Below the pieces are notes generated by a model. The model did not search any database, was not told where the DNA came from, and worked only from the letters and a program-made list of their open reading frames with translations. Source: Elusimicrobiota bacterium (GTDB lineage: Bacteria; Elusimicrobiota; Elusimicrobia; Elusimicrobiales; UBA9959). From it: 64,000 nt of DNA. The stretch covers positions 32,001-96,000 of the forward strand of contig DAIENX010000007.1 of assembly GCA_027340875.1 (NCBI GenBank). Direction: 5' to 3'. Position 1 is the stretch's first letter; each line of letters starts with the position of its first letter. The position numbers and the translations under genes were made by a program. Shown piece by piece: positions 16,558 to 26,358 of this stretch.

Positions 16558-17862
16558 TTACAGCAGCTCGGCCACGAGCGCCGCCAGCGAGCTGCGCTCG
16601 GTCTTCGTGAACGTCAGGTGGCCGTACATTTTCTGGCCCTTCATGCGGTCCACGATATAGGTCAGGCCGTTGGACGCTATGTCCAGGTACGGATTGTCTA
16701 TCTGGTACGGATCGCCTGTCACCACGACCTTGGTGCCCTCCCCGGCGCGCGAAAGTATCGTCTTGATCTCGTGCGGCGTCAGGTTCTGCGCGTCGTCCAC
16801 TATCATGTACTGCTTCGGCAGCGAGCGGCCGCGGATATGCGTGACGGAGGCTATCTCTATCTTCTCGTTCTGCAGCAGGTATTCGAACTTCTCCAGCGCG
16901 CTCTCCTGGTGGCGCTTGTCCATCACGAACTCGAGGTTGTCGTAGATAGCCCCCATCCACGTAGAGAGCTTCTCCTCCTTGGTGCCGGGGATGAAGCCGA
17001 TGTCCTTTCCGACCGGGACTATCGGACGGCAGATGATCAGCTTGCGGTAGACGTTCTCTTCCACCGACTTCTGCAAACCGCAGACCAGCGTGCAGAGGGT
17101 CTTGCCCGTGCCGGCGGAACCGAGCAACGTGACCAGCTTGACCGAGTCGTCGAGCAGCAGCTCCATCGCGCAGCGCTGCTCCTTGTTGAGCGGGCGGATG
17201 CCCCACGGCGAGGGCTCCGGGTTCAGCGCCCGGATCTTCGACGGGTCGGCCGGGTCCACGCGGCCGAGCGCCGACTTCTTCTGGTCGTCCTTGGCGTGGA
17301 TCACGACGAATTCATTGGGGGACAGCTCGCTGTCCTTCGGGCTGTCGATCACGTGGTCCTTGTAGAACTTGTCCACCGACGGCGCGGGGACCTGCAGCGT
17401 GACCAGCCCTGGGTAAAGCTCGTCCACCTTCACCTTGCCGGACTCGTAGTCCTGCGACACCAGCCCGACGGCCTCGGCCTTCAGGCGCAGGTTGATGTCC
17501 TTGGTCACCAGTATCGCGGTGTGCTTCTTCTGGCCGTACCAGTAGGCGGTGTTCAGGATGCGGTTGTCCATCTCCGTCAGCTTGAACTCCTTGGGCAGCA
17601 CCTGAACGTGGTCCAGGTCCACCACCAGCGTGCCGCCGTTCTCCATCTTGACGCCGGCGTTCAGCTTGCCTTTCAGGCGGTATTCGTCGAGCTTGCGCGA
17701 GACTATGCGCGCGCTCTTGCCGCGCTCGTCGGCCGCGTGTTTGAAGGTGTCCAGTTCCTCTATGACGGAGATCGGTATGACCACCGTATTATCCTCGAAT
17801 TTGGTGAACGACAGCGGGTCGTGGATAAGCACGTTCGTGTCGAGGATGAATACTTTTTTCAT
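16558..17862 (-). CDS. PIN domain-PhoH family ATPase
   Basis: ILDTNVL (PIN), GSAGTGKT, GFIPGTKEEK, IRGRSL, AQNLTPHE, GDPYQID. Confidence 0.93.
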   Translation of the reverse strand: MKKVFILDTNVLIHDPLSFTKFEDNTVVIPISVIEELDTFKHAADERGKSARIVSRKLDEYRLKGKLNAGVKMENGGTLVVDLDHVQVLPKEFKLTEMDNRILNTAYWYGQKKHTAILVTKDINLRLKAEAVGLVSQDYESGKVKVDELYPGLVTLQVPAPSVDKFYKDHVIDSPKDSELSPNEFVVIHAKDDQKKSALGRVDPADPSKIRALNPEPSPWGIRPLNKEQRCAMELLLDDSVKLVTLLGSAGTGKTLCTLVCGLQKSVEENVYRKLIICRPIVPVGKDIGFIPGTKEEKLSTWMGAIYDNLEFVMDKRHQESALEKFEYLLQNEKIEIASVTHIRGRSLPKQYMIVDDAQNLTPHEIKTILSRAGEGTKVVVTGDPYQIDNPYLDIASNGLTYIVDRMKGQKMYGHLTFTKTERSSLAALVAELL

Positions 17863-18096
17863 TGGTTCCTCCGTTTCCGGTCCGGCCGGCGGAAGCCGGG
17901 GCTCAAGCCCCGGAAGACCGCAACTTTTCCGCCCCCCGGTCCGTAATTGTGATAGCAGGATATCGGGCCCCGCTAATTCTAGCATAAATCCCGCGAAAGC
18001 GGTTTTATGAGCGGGCGCTAAAATAGTAAGATATCGATATCCACCGCCACCGCCCTACGGGGCGGCGGCGTCGTTCATCTGGCAACAAGGACAAAG

Positions 18097-20538
18097 ATGC
18101 GAATTTCCACCGTTCTACTACTGCTCTCCGCCCTGCCGGCCGCCATGGCCGGCGCCCAATCCACACCCGCCGCCACCGGCGACCTTCCCGGCATGCAGCA
18201 GCAGGCGCCGGCCGCGCCGCGCGTAGTGCTGCCTGCCGAGCACCTGGTCATAGAGGTCCCGAAAGCGGACGCGGACGACCTGGGCGAAGGGCCGTGGGCC
18301 GTGGCCGAAACGGCCGTAAAGGGCAACGTCAATCTTAAGCCCAAGACCGTCATCAAGGCCGGCAAGGCCAGAAAGGGGCGGGTCTACATGAAGGACTTCG
18401 TGCAGGACGACATCGAGGCCATCCTGGCGCTGGGCAGCGTGGACAAGGTCTCCGTGGACATAGCCAGGATGCCTGGCGCGGAGATACCGGAGAAGCTCTC
18501 CCGGGCCGCCGGCGTGACCGAGGCCGTCCGCGTCACTTATATCATCACAGAGAAGCCCCTGATCCGCAGCCTCGACGTCAGCGGCAACAAGGACCTCTCG
18601 AAGGGCCGCGTCAAGGACGAGATGACGCTGAAGAAGAAGGACTATTTCGACGAGCTGAAGGTGCGCGAGGACCTTATCAAGATCGCCGACATGTACCGCG
18701 AGAAGGGTTACATCGACATCCAGACCGACTACGACGTGAAGTTCGATTCCTCCTCCTCCGCCTGCGATCTTACCATCAAGGTGAAGGAAGGCAACAAGGC
18801 CCGCGTGGCGGCCGTGGAGATAACCGGCGCCGAGGGCTTCCCGCTGAAGAAGCTCGTCAAGAAGTTCAAGAACCGCCCGAAGAAGGTCTACGCCCCGCAG
18901 GAGCTGTCCGCCGACGTGGAGAAGCTCAAGGACTTCTACAAGAACAACGGCTACGCCGATTTCTCGGTGGACAGGACCTCCACCTCGTTCAACGAGAACC
19001 GCTCCAGCGCGACCATACACATAACCGTCACGGAAGGAAAGAAGATAAAGTTCGGAGGCACCTATTTCTCCGGCAACTCCGTCTACCTGCCGAGCGACCT
19101 GACGCCGCTGGTAGAGTACCGGCGGGGCAAGTATTTCAGCCAGGAGAAGCTGGACGACACCGTGCGCGCGTTGCAGGACAAGTACGCCGACAAGGGCTAC
19201 CTGAAGGCCGTGATCGTCCCGCAGCGCAACTTCGTCGAGTCCACCGGGGAGACCGACATAACGTTCCTGATCACCGAGAACTCCCAGATCTACGTCGCCC
19301 ACATCGACGTGGAAGGCAACAAGGCCACGAAGACCCACGTGCTGCGCCGCGAGATCACGCAGAAGGAGGGCGAGGTGTTCAGCTCCTCCAAGATCCGCCG
19401 CAGCCAGGAGAAGATCTTCAACCTCGGTTTCATAGACGACGTGGCCCCGGTCATCAACCCTACGCCCGACCCGGACAAGGTGGACCTCGTCTTCGACGTC
19501 ACGGAGGGCAAGCCCGGCATGCTGACCGCGGGCGCCGGCATCTCGTCCACCGACGGCCTGGTCGGCACGCTGTCGATGTCGCACATGAACATGTTCGGCA
19601 GGGCCCAGCGGATGTCCCTCTCCTGGAACTTCGGCAAGCGCGTGCAGGACTACTATCTGAGCTGGATGACCCCGTGGGTCGGGGACCACCCCACGTCGCT
19701 CGGCGTGGACGTGTTCAATACGCGCCATTACAAGCCCTACCGCGACACCATCTCCGCCTACACGGAGCGCCGCACCGGCGGCAAGATCACCCTGGGCCCG
19801 CGCTTCCAGGAGGACAAATACCAGCTGCGGACCTCGTACACCTACGAGAAGGTGCGGATAACCGGCGTGGACCAGATCTATCAGGGAGAGCTGCAGGAGG
19901 GCACCAGCGTCACTTCCTCTGTGTACGTGGAGCTGACGCGCGACACCCGCGACAACGTCTGGGACCCGACCCGCGGCACCAAAACCTCCCTGGGCTTCGA
20001 TTACGCCGGCGGCCCGCTGCAGGGCGACGTGAACTACTACAAACCCACGCTCTCCTACAGCTACAACCTGAAGCTCTTCTCGATAGACGACTACCCGTTC
20101 GTGATGTCTTTCGCCAACCGCTTCGGCTTCGTCGGCCGCTTCGGGAGCACTAAGAAGGTCCCCGTATACGAGCGCTACTTCCTCGGCGGCGCGGAGACCG
20201 TGCGCGGCTATTCCAACAACGGCCAGATAGGCCCGCTGAACGGCGGCCGCGTCTACGACGTGGCTAACCTCGAGTTCAAGATCCCGCTGGCGCGGGAGAA
20301 GCACAGGACGATAGTGCAGTGGGGCTTCTTCCTGGACGCCGGCAACTCGTGGGACGGCTTCGACAGGATCAGCACCCGCTTCGGCACCGGGACCACGAAC
20401 ATGAAGGCGGGCGCCGGGTTCGGCATACGTTTCACGACCCCGGCCTTCCCGATACGGCTGGATTGGGGCTACGGCTTCAACCACAAGGCCGGCGAACAGC
20501 GCTCCGACATCTACTTCACGCTGGGCAACCTGTTCTAG
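18097..20538 (+). CDS. bamA: Outer membrane protein assembly factor BamA
   Basis: POTRA repeats, VRGY motif, C-terminal barrel ending in F; upstream of skp-lpxD. Confidence 0.95.
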   Translation: MRISTVLLLLSALPAAMAGAQSTPAATGDLPGMQQQAPAAPRVVLPAEHLVIEVPKADADDLGEGPWAVAETAVKGNVNLKPKTVIKAGKARKGRVYMKDFVQDDIEAILALGSVDKVSVDIARMPGAEIPEKLSRAAGVTEAVRVTYIITEKPLIRSLDVSGNKDLSKGRVKDEMTLKKKDYFDELKVREDLIKIADMYREKGYIDIQTDYDVKFDSSSSACDLTIKVKEGNKARVAAVEITGAEGFPLKKLVKKFKNRPKKVYAPQELSADVEKLKDFYKNNGYADFSVDRTSTSFNENRSSATIHITVTEGKKIKFGGTYFSGNSVYLPSDLTPLVEYRRGKYFSQEKLDDTVRALQDKYADKGYLKAVIVPQRNFVESTGETDITFLITENSQIYVAHIDVEGNKATKTHVLRREITQKEGEVFSSSKIRRSQEKIFNLGFIDDVAPVINPTPDPDKVDLVFDVTEGKPGMLTAGAGISSTDGLVGTLSMSHMNMFGRAQRMSLSWNFGKRVQDYYLSWMTPWVGDHPTSLGVDVFNTRHYKPYRDTISAYTERRTGGKITLGPRFQEDKYQLRTSYTYEKVRITGVDQIYQGELQEGTSVTSSVYVELTRDTRDNVWDPTRGTKTSLGFDYAGGPLQGDVNYYKPTLSYSYNLKLFSIDDYPFVMSFANRFGFVGRFGSTKKVPVYERYFLGGAETVRGYSNNGQIGPLNGGRVYDVANLEFKIPLAREKHRTIVQWGFFLDAGNSWDGFDRISTRFGTGTTNMKAGAGFGIRFTTPAFPIRLDWGYGFNHKAGEQRSDIYFTLGNLF

Positions 20539-20589
20539 AAGGCGGGAGACGAGAGTACTGGAGGATCGGCCGGGACAGCCCCGGCCCCT

Positions 20590-21402
20590 ATGGCTATGAA
20601 AGAACTCCTTTTTGCCGCGCTGCTGGCGCTGCCGGCGGCTAAAGCCAACGCGCTCGAATTGCTGCTCGAGGAGAACCGCGGCGAATCCGGCACGATAGGC
20701 TACGTGGACATCGACCGCGTCTTCAAGGAATATTCCGGCACCACCGGCGCGCGCGAGGACTTCCTGGCCGAGATAAAGAAGAAGGAGGACTCCCTCAACG
20801 CCAGGAAGACCGAGATCTTCACGCTGAAGGCCGAGATCGCCAAGTTGCGACAGGAAAGGGAGTTCGCTCTTACGCTGCCGTCCCTGATGGAGACCAGGCG
20901 CAGCGTGGCCGAGGCCGCCGCGCAGGCCGCGCAGGCCGTCTCCACCGAGACCGTCTCCCTCTCCACTTCCTCGCCCGAGGCGTCCACCTCCGCCGTCCAG
21001 GGCGCCGCCGCGCCCGTGCCCTCTACCGCCGTACCGGCGGGGCTGCCGGGCATGACGGGCATAGATATGCCCGGGGTGGCCCGCGTCCCCGTCTCCCACT
21101 TCAAGTTCTCGGTCTCCACCTCCGTCCCGGAGATAGACGCCGCCATAACCGGCAAAGAGACCGACCTGTCACGCAAGGAGGAGTCGCTGCGCCAGGCCCA
21201 GAAACAGGCCGAGCGCGAGCTGCTCGACTACGAGAGCCGCAAGAGCGAGCTGCTGCTGGGGCGCATCTACGTGGCCCTCAAGGAGCTGGCGACAAAGGAG
21301 GAGGTCAGCGTGGTGGTGGACAAGCGCAACATCCTCTACGGCCAGCACGCGGTGGACCTGACCGACAAGCTTATGAAGAAGCTGGAGGAGGGCGGCCTAT
21401 GA
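20590..21402 (+). CDS. OmpH/Skp family chaperone with low-complexity insertion
   Basis: [10 protein letters not shown]...VVVDK..ILYG...VDLTD; syntenic between bamA and lpxD. Confidence 0.85.
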   Translation: MAMKELLFAALLALPAAKANALELLLEENRGESGTIGYVDIDRVFKEYSGTTGAREDFLAEIKKKEDSLNARKTEIFTLKAEIAKLRQEREFALTLPSLMETRRSVAEAAAQAAQAVSTETVSLSTSSPEASTSAVQGAAAPVPSTAVPAGLPGMTGIDMPGVARVPVSHFKFSVSTSVPEIDAAITGKETDLSRKEESLRQAQKQAERELLDYESRKSELLLGRIYVALKELATKEEVSVVVDKRNILYGQHAVDLTDKLMKKLEEGGL

Positions 21403-22427
21403 GCCTCGCCGCCTCCGAAGTGGAGAAGCTGGCGCAGGGCAAGCTACGCGGCGACCCCGGCCTGATGCTGCGAGGCGCCGCCCCGCTGGAGAAGGCCGGC
21501 CCCTCGGACCTCGCCTTCCTCGCGGACCCGGCCCTCGCCGCGGCCGCCGCGGCCTCGAAGGCCGGCTGCCTGCTGGCCCCCGACGGCAGCGAAGCGGCCC
21601 TCTCCGAGTTCAAGGGCGCGGTGGTCTTCACGAAGAACCCGAAGTACGCCTTCATGCTGGCCCTGCGCCGCTTCGAGGCCGACCTGAGGCCGCTCCCGGA
21701 CCGCGGCAGGCACCCGACGGCCGTCATCTATCCCACGGCGAAGATCGGGGCCGACTCGCACGTCGGTCCCGGCGCCGTCGTCGAAGAGGGCGCCTACATA
21801 GCCCCCGGCGCCTCGATAGGCGCGCAGTGCTATATCGGCCGCAACGCTAAGGTGGGCATGGGCACGAGGCTTTACCCCGGCGTTAAAATGATGGATTCCT
21901 GCGAGATAGGCTCCGGCTGCATAATACACGCCGGCACGGTCATAGGTTCCGACGGTTACGGTTACGTTTCCCCCCGCGGCAAACACGAGAAGATCCCGCA
22001 GATAGGAAAGGTCGTCATAGAGGACGACGTAGAGATAGGCGCCAACTGCGCGGTAGACCGCGCCGCGCTGGAGGTCACGCTGATAGGCGCGGGCACGAAG
22101 ATAGACAACTTGGTGCACATAGCTCACAACGTGAGGATCGGCAGGAACTGCCTGATCATGGCGCAGGCCGCGATAGCCGGCTCCACCGAGGTAGGCGACA
22201 ACGCGATAATCGGCGGCCAGGCCGGCATCTCGGACCACGTGAAGATCGGGGAGAACTCCGCGGTGATGGCCAGGACCGGCATCATGAGCGACCTCTCCCC
22301 GGGACAGGTGGTGTTCGGCCATATCGGCCGGCCGCGCATCCAGGCCATGAAGATAGAGGCCCTGCTCTCCAAGCTGCCGGAGATGCACCGCACGCTCTCG
22401 AAGATAAAGAAGCGCCTCGGGATCTAG
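21399..22427 (+). CDS. lpxD: UDP-3-O-acylglucosamine N-acyltransferase
   Basis: Hexapeptide repeats, [24 protein letters not shown]. Confidence 0.95.
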   Translation: MSLAASEVEKLAQGKLRGDPGLMLRGAAPLEKAGPSDLAFLADPALAAAAAASKAGCLLAPDGSEAALSEFKGAVVFTKNPKYAFMLALRRFEADLRPLPDRGRHPTAVIYPTAKIGADSHVGPGAVVEEGAYIAPGASIGAQCYIGRNAKVGMGTRLYPGVKMMDSCEIGSGCIIHAGTVIGSDGYGYVSPRGKHEKIPQIGKVVIEDDVEIGANCAVDRAALEVTLIGAGTKIDNLVHIAHNVRIGRNCLIMAQAAIAGSTEVGDNAIIGGQAGISDHVKIGENSAVMARTGIMSDLSPGQVVFGHIGRPRIQAMKIEALLSKLPEMHRTLSKIKKRLGI

Positions 22428-22440
22428 ACGGGCTGAGCCT

Positions 22441-22539
22441 GGCGAGGGTATGCCTTCTCCGGGTACGCGCGGCCACACCGTGGCCGTGCTCTTTCACTCG
22501 GGCTCGGCGCTGCGCAAGCCTCGCCCTCGCGAGGCCCCT
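22441..22539 (+). repeat. Dispersed palindromic repeat, copy 1 (homologous to 55551-55675, inverted)
   Basis: Shares gccttctccgggtacgcg-ggccacaccgtggcc...gaggcccct with the reverse complement of copy 2. Confidence 0.8.
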
Positions 22540-22716
22540 GTCGCCGAAATAGTTGGAGGGGTGACGACCGGGCCGTTTTTCCGGGCCGGCCGCGTAAGGT
22601 GAACGGCAGGCACGCATCTCGCCAGCCTAGCAGGGGATGGGTGGAGCGGACGGGACGGGAAAGCGGACCGGGCGGCAGGACCCCGAACCTGCATTCGGCG
22701 ACACAATTCAAAACGC

Positions 22717-23550
22717 ATGAGAACTACAACCAAAGAGACGGCTACGATAGACGGGATCGGCCTCCATAAAGGCAAACCATCCAGGGTCACCTTCAGACCC
22801 GCGGAAGGCCCGACCGGGTACAGGTTCCTGCACCCGGCCTTCTCCGCCCCGCTGCCCGCCAGGCTGGACCGCATGGCAGGCACCGCTCGCGGCACCAACA
22901 TCACCGACGGCAGGACCACCATCTACACCGTGGAACACCTGCTCTCCGCGGCCGCCGGCCTCGGCATAGACGACCTGGACATAGAGCTCTCCGGAGAGGA
23001 GCCGCCCGCGGCCGACGGCTCGGCCCTGCCATTCGCGCTGGCGCTGAAGGGCGCGGGCATGGTTCCAAAACCGGCGCAGGAGCGCAGGACGATTTCGCTC
23101 TCCGTCCCGGTCCGCTTCGAGAACGCCGGCACGCGCATCTCCGCCGAGCCGCGTCCCGGCGGCGTCTCTTTCAGGTTAGTCTACGACTACCCGCACAAGC
23201 TGGTGGGACGGCAGGCGGTGGAATTCTCGCTTTCTCCGGAGGCTTATCTGAAAGAAGTCGCGCCGGCCCGCACCTTCGGCTTCTCGCACGAACTCGAGGC
23301 CCTGAAGAAGGCCGGCCTCGCGCTGGGAGGCTCGCTGGACAACGCGGTGGTGATAGCGGAGGAGGAGGTGCTGGCCAAGGACGGCCTGCGCTTCGCTGAC
23401 GAGTTCGCCCGCCACAAACTGCTGGACCTGATAGGGGACCTGGCGCTGGCCGGTCTGCCGCTGGCCGGCGTCCATATAGAGGCCGAGCGCCCCGGCCACG
23501 CCGCCAACGTCAATTTTGCTAAACTATTGTCGGAGAAGGCCAACCTATGA
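22717..23550 (+). CDS. lpxC: UDP-3-O-acyl-GlcNAc deacetylase
   Basis: GIGLHKG, TVEHLLSA, DGSA, ARTFGF, RHKLLDLIGD. Confidence 0.95.
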   Translation: MRTTTKETATIDGIGLHKGKPSRVTFRPAEGPTGYRFLHPAFSAPLPARLDRMAGTARGTNITDGRTTIYTVEHLLSAAAGLGIDDLDIELSGEEPPAADGSALPFALALKGAGMVPKPAQERRTISLSVPVRFENAGTRISAEPRPGGVSFRLVYDYPHKLVGRQAVEFSLSPEAYLKEVAPARTFGFSHELEALKKAGLALGGSLDNAVVIAEEEVLAKDGLRFADEFARHKLLDLIGDLALAGLPLAGVHIEAERPGHAANVNFAKLLSEKANL

Positions 23551-24008
23551 CCGAAACCAAAGCCCCGGCGTACAAGCCCGTGCGCGTCATCCCCTGCGAA
23601 GACATACTGAAGATCATCCCCCACCGCTACCCGTTCATGATGGTGGACCGCGTTGAAGTGGTGGAGGAGGGAAAGTACTGCGTGGGCGTGAAATGCGTCA
23701 GCGCCAACGAACTCTACTTCCACGGCCACTTCCCGGAGAAGCCGATAATGCCAGGCGTGCTGATGCTCGAAGGCATGGCGCAGACCGCGGCCGCGATGAT
23801 GATGGACCTGCCCGAGACCAAGGGCCGCCTGGGCTTCTTCGCCGGCATCAACAAGGCCAAGTTCCGCCGTCAGGTGGTGCCCGGCGACGTGCTTAAGATG
23901 CACGTTGAGATAGTGAAATTCAAGAGCAGGATAGGCAAGGTCAGGGGCTCGGCCTGGGTAGGCGACGAGCCGGCCGCCGGGGCCGAACTGACCTTCGCGA
24001 TAGGCTGA
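23547..24008 (+). CDS. fabZ: 3-hydroxyacyl-ACP dehydratase
   Basis: PHRYPF, GHFPEKPIMPGVLMLEGMAQ. Confidence 0.96.
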   Translation: MTETKAPAYKPVRVIPCEDILKIIPHRYPFMMVDRVEVVEEGKYCVGVKCVSANELYFHGHFPEKPIMPGVLMLEGMAQTAAAMMMDLPETKGRLGFFAGINKAKFRRQVVPGDVLKMHVEIVKFKSRIGKVRGSAWVGDEPAAGAELTFAIG

Positions 24009-24033
24009 CCCTTAAGACTTCACAGGAGAGAAC

Positions 24034-24843
24034 ATGGCGACCAAGATACATCCCACGGCGGTGATAGACCCTAAGGCCCAGATCGACAACGACGTAGAGA
24101 TAGGCCCGCTGACCGTGATAGGCGAGGACGTGCAAATAGGCGCCGGCACGAAGATAGGCCCGCACTGCATCCTCGAGTTCTGCACCGTCGGCAAGAACAA
24201 CTGGCTCACCGGCGCCGCCTACGTGGGCATGCCGCCGCAGGACTGGAGCTACAAGGGCGAGCACAAGCGCTTCATCATGGGCGACTCCAACGTGATCCGC
24301 GAGAACGTCACGCTGCACCGCGGCGCGCACACCGACATCACTACGATGGGCTCCAACTGCATGCTGATGGCCAACTCGCATATCGGCCACGACTGCCGCG
24401 TCGGGAACAACGTCATCATGGTCAACTGCGCCTCCGCCGCCGGCCACGTGGAGATAGGCGACAGGGCGCTGATCAGCGGCCTCGCCGGCATACACCAGTT
24501 CACGCGCATAGGCAGGTTCGCGATGATCTCCGGAGGCGGCATGGCCAACCAGGACATCATCCCCTACGTCACCGCGCAGGGCGACCGCGCCAAGCCCGTC
24601 GGCCTGAATCTGGTCGGCATGAGGCGCAACGGCTTCACCCGCGAGCAGATAAAGGCCGTAAAGCACGTTTTCAAGACCCTGTTCTTCCGCGGCCTGCTGC
24701 TGAAGGACGCGGTGGCGAAGCTCCGCGCCGATAACCTGCCCGCCGAAGCCGCGCTGATCCTCGACTTCGTCGAGGCCTCCAAGCGCGGCATAGCGAGGCC
24801 GCGCCGCAACGCAGGCTCGCTGGAGAAGGACCTGGCAGACTGA
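24034..24843 (+). CDS. lpxA: UDP-GlcNAc acyltransferase
   Basis: IHPTA, PQD, IRE..T.HRG, HIGHDC, HQFTRIG, GLN.VG..R. Confidence 0.95.
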   Translation: MATKIHPTAVIDPKAQIDNDVEIGPLTVIGEDVQIGAGTKIGPHCILEFCTVGKNNWLTGAAYVGMPPQDWSYKGEHKRFIMGDSNVIRENVTLHRGAHTDITTMGSNCMLMANSHIGHDCRVGNNVIMVNCASAAGHVEIGDRALISGLAGIHQFTRIGRFAMISGGGMANQDIIPYVTAQGDRAKPVGLNLVGMRRNGFTREQIKAVKHVFKTLFFRGLLLKDAVAKLRADNLPAEAALILDFVEASKRGIARPRRNAGSLEKDLAD

Positions 24844-25685
24844 TGGGCGAAAAGATCGGCATCATCGCGGGCGGAGGCAGCTTCCCGCTGCTGTTCGCCG
24901 CCGAGGCCAAAAAGGCGGGCCGCGAGGTCTACGCCGTAGCGCTCAACGACATAACCTCCAGGGACATCGAGCTGTCCGCCGCCGAGACCGCCTGGTTCCG
25001 GCTGGGCAACATAGGCGGGCCGATAGATTTCTTCAAGAAGAACGGCGTGACGCGCACGCTGATCGCCGGTTCCGTGCAGCACGTCAACGTCTTCGGCGGC
25101 ATCCTGCCGGACCTGCGCGGCGCGAAGCTGCTGCTGAAGCTCCGCGACAAGAAGGCCAACTCCATCTTTTCCGCCATCGCGGACGAGCTGGCCGCGGACG
25201 GCATAGAGGTAGCCAGCTCCGCCACGCTGCTCGAACACCTGCTCGTCAAGCCCGGCCTCCTCGCCGGCCGGCATCCCGGTTCCGACACCCTCAAGACCGC
25301 GGCCTACGGCTGGAAGGCCGCGAAGGCCCTGGCCGCGCTGGATATAGGCCTCACGGTGGTCCTGCGCGACCAGGTCGTAGTAGCCGCGGAGGGGATAGAG
25401 GGAACCGACGCGTGCATAAAGCGCGCCGGCGCGCTGACCCGGGAGAAGGGCGGGGAACTCACCGTCGTGAAGGTAGCGCGTCCCGGACAGGACATGCGCT
25501 TCGACCTGCCGGTGGCCGGCGCCAGCACGCTCAAGGTCATGAAGGAAGCCGGCGCCGCGACGCTCGTGCTGGAAGCCGGCAAGACCCTGATCCTCGGCCT
25601 GGACGATTTTCTAACCGCCGCAGCCGAGACCGGCATCTCCGTACTCGGCGCTGACGACAACACCTTCAAGGACGAGCCGGTCTAG
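24843..25685 (+). CDS. lpxI: UDP-2,3-diacylglucosamine diphosphatase LpxI
   Basis: GIIAGGG.FP, LDIG, EGIEGTD, QDMRFDLP; follows lpxA. Confidence 0.9.
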   Translation: MGEKIGIIAGGGSFPLLFAAEAKKAGREVYAVALNDITSRDIELSAAETAWFRLGNIGGPIDFFKKNGVTRTLIAGSVQHVNVFGGILPDLRGAKLLLKLRDKKANSIFSAIADELAADGIEVASSATLLEHLLVKPGLLAGRHPGSDTLKTAAYGWKAAKALAALDIGLTVVLRDQVVVAAEGIEGTDACIKRAGALTREKGGELTVVKVARPGQDMRFDLPVAGASTLKVMKEAGAATLVLEAGKTLILGLDDFLTAAAETGISVLGADDNTFKDEPV

Positions 25686-25712
25686 CCTCCGGGGCCCTCC
25701 GCTGGCACAGCG

Positions 25713-26357
25713 ATGAACGAGCTGCTCTACAAGAACTCCCCCGGACACTGGCTGCTCTCGCTGCTGGCGCGCTTCTACATACGTTTCCTCGGCCTGACCT
25801 CCCGCATACACATCAAAGGACGCAGGCATCACCCCGGCCCCGCCGTCTACGCTCTGTGGCACCGGCAGGAGGTGCTGATGATCTGGCTGCACCGCGGCAA
25901 GGGGCTCTGCGGCCTGGTCAGCCAGAGCAAGGACGGGGAGTACATGGCCCGCATCCTGCTCGGCATGGGCTTCAACGTGATACGCGGCTCCTCGACCACC
26001 GGCGGCTCGCAGGCCCTGCGCGCCCTCACCAAGGCGGCCAGGGCCGGCTACTCCATAGCCGTCACGCCCGACGGCCCGAAGGGCCCCATCTTCAAGGTAC
26101 ACCCCGGCAGCGTCTTCATAGCGCAGAAGGCCGGAATACCGATAATCCCCGCCGCCTGCGCGCTGTCGAACAAGAAGATACTCCGCAGCTGGGACAAGTA
26201 CCAGTTCCCGCTGCCTTTCGGCCGCATAGAGGCCGTCTACGGCGAGCCGCTCTTCGTGGCCGAGACCGACGACGTCCAGGCCAAGGCCCTGGAACTGGAA
26301 ACCAGGCTCAACGCCCTCACCGAAGAAGCCGAAAAGCTGCTCGCCGCCGGGAACTGA
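25713..26357 (+). CDS. Lysophospholipid acyltransferase family protein (DUF374-like)
   Basis: WH, VSQSKDGE, RGSS, TPDGPKGP, SWDK..PLPF. Confidence 0.85.
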   Translation: MNELLYKNSPGHWLLSLLARFYIRFLGLTSRIHIKGRRHHPGPAVYALWHRQEVLMIWLHRGKGLCGLVSQSKDGEYMARILLGMGFNVIRGSSTTGGSQALRALTKAARAGYSIAVTPDGPKGPIFKVHPGSVFIAQKAGIPIIPAACALSNKKILRSWDKYQFPLPFGRIEAVYGEPLFVAETDDVQAKALELETRLNALTEEAEKLLAAGN

Positions 26358-26358
26358 C

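Noticed and set aside
18118..21099. Long antisense or alternative-frame ORFs (e.g. 18118-21099, 30560-33232, 48642-51173, 59729-61678)
   Set aside because: Shadow frames of well-supported genes, expected at high GC; no recognisable motifs.
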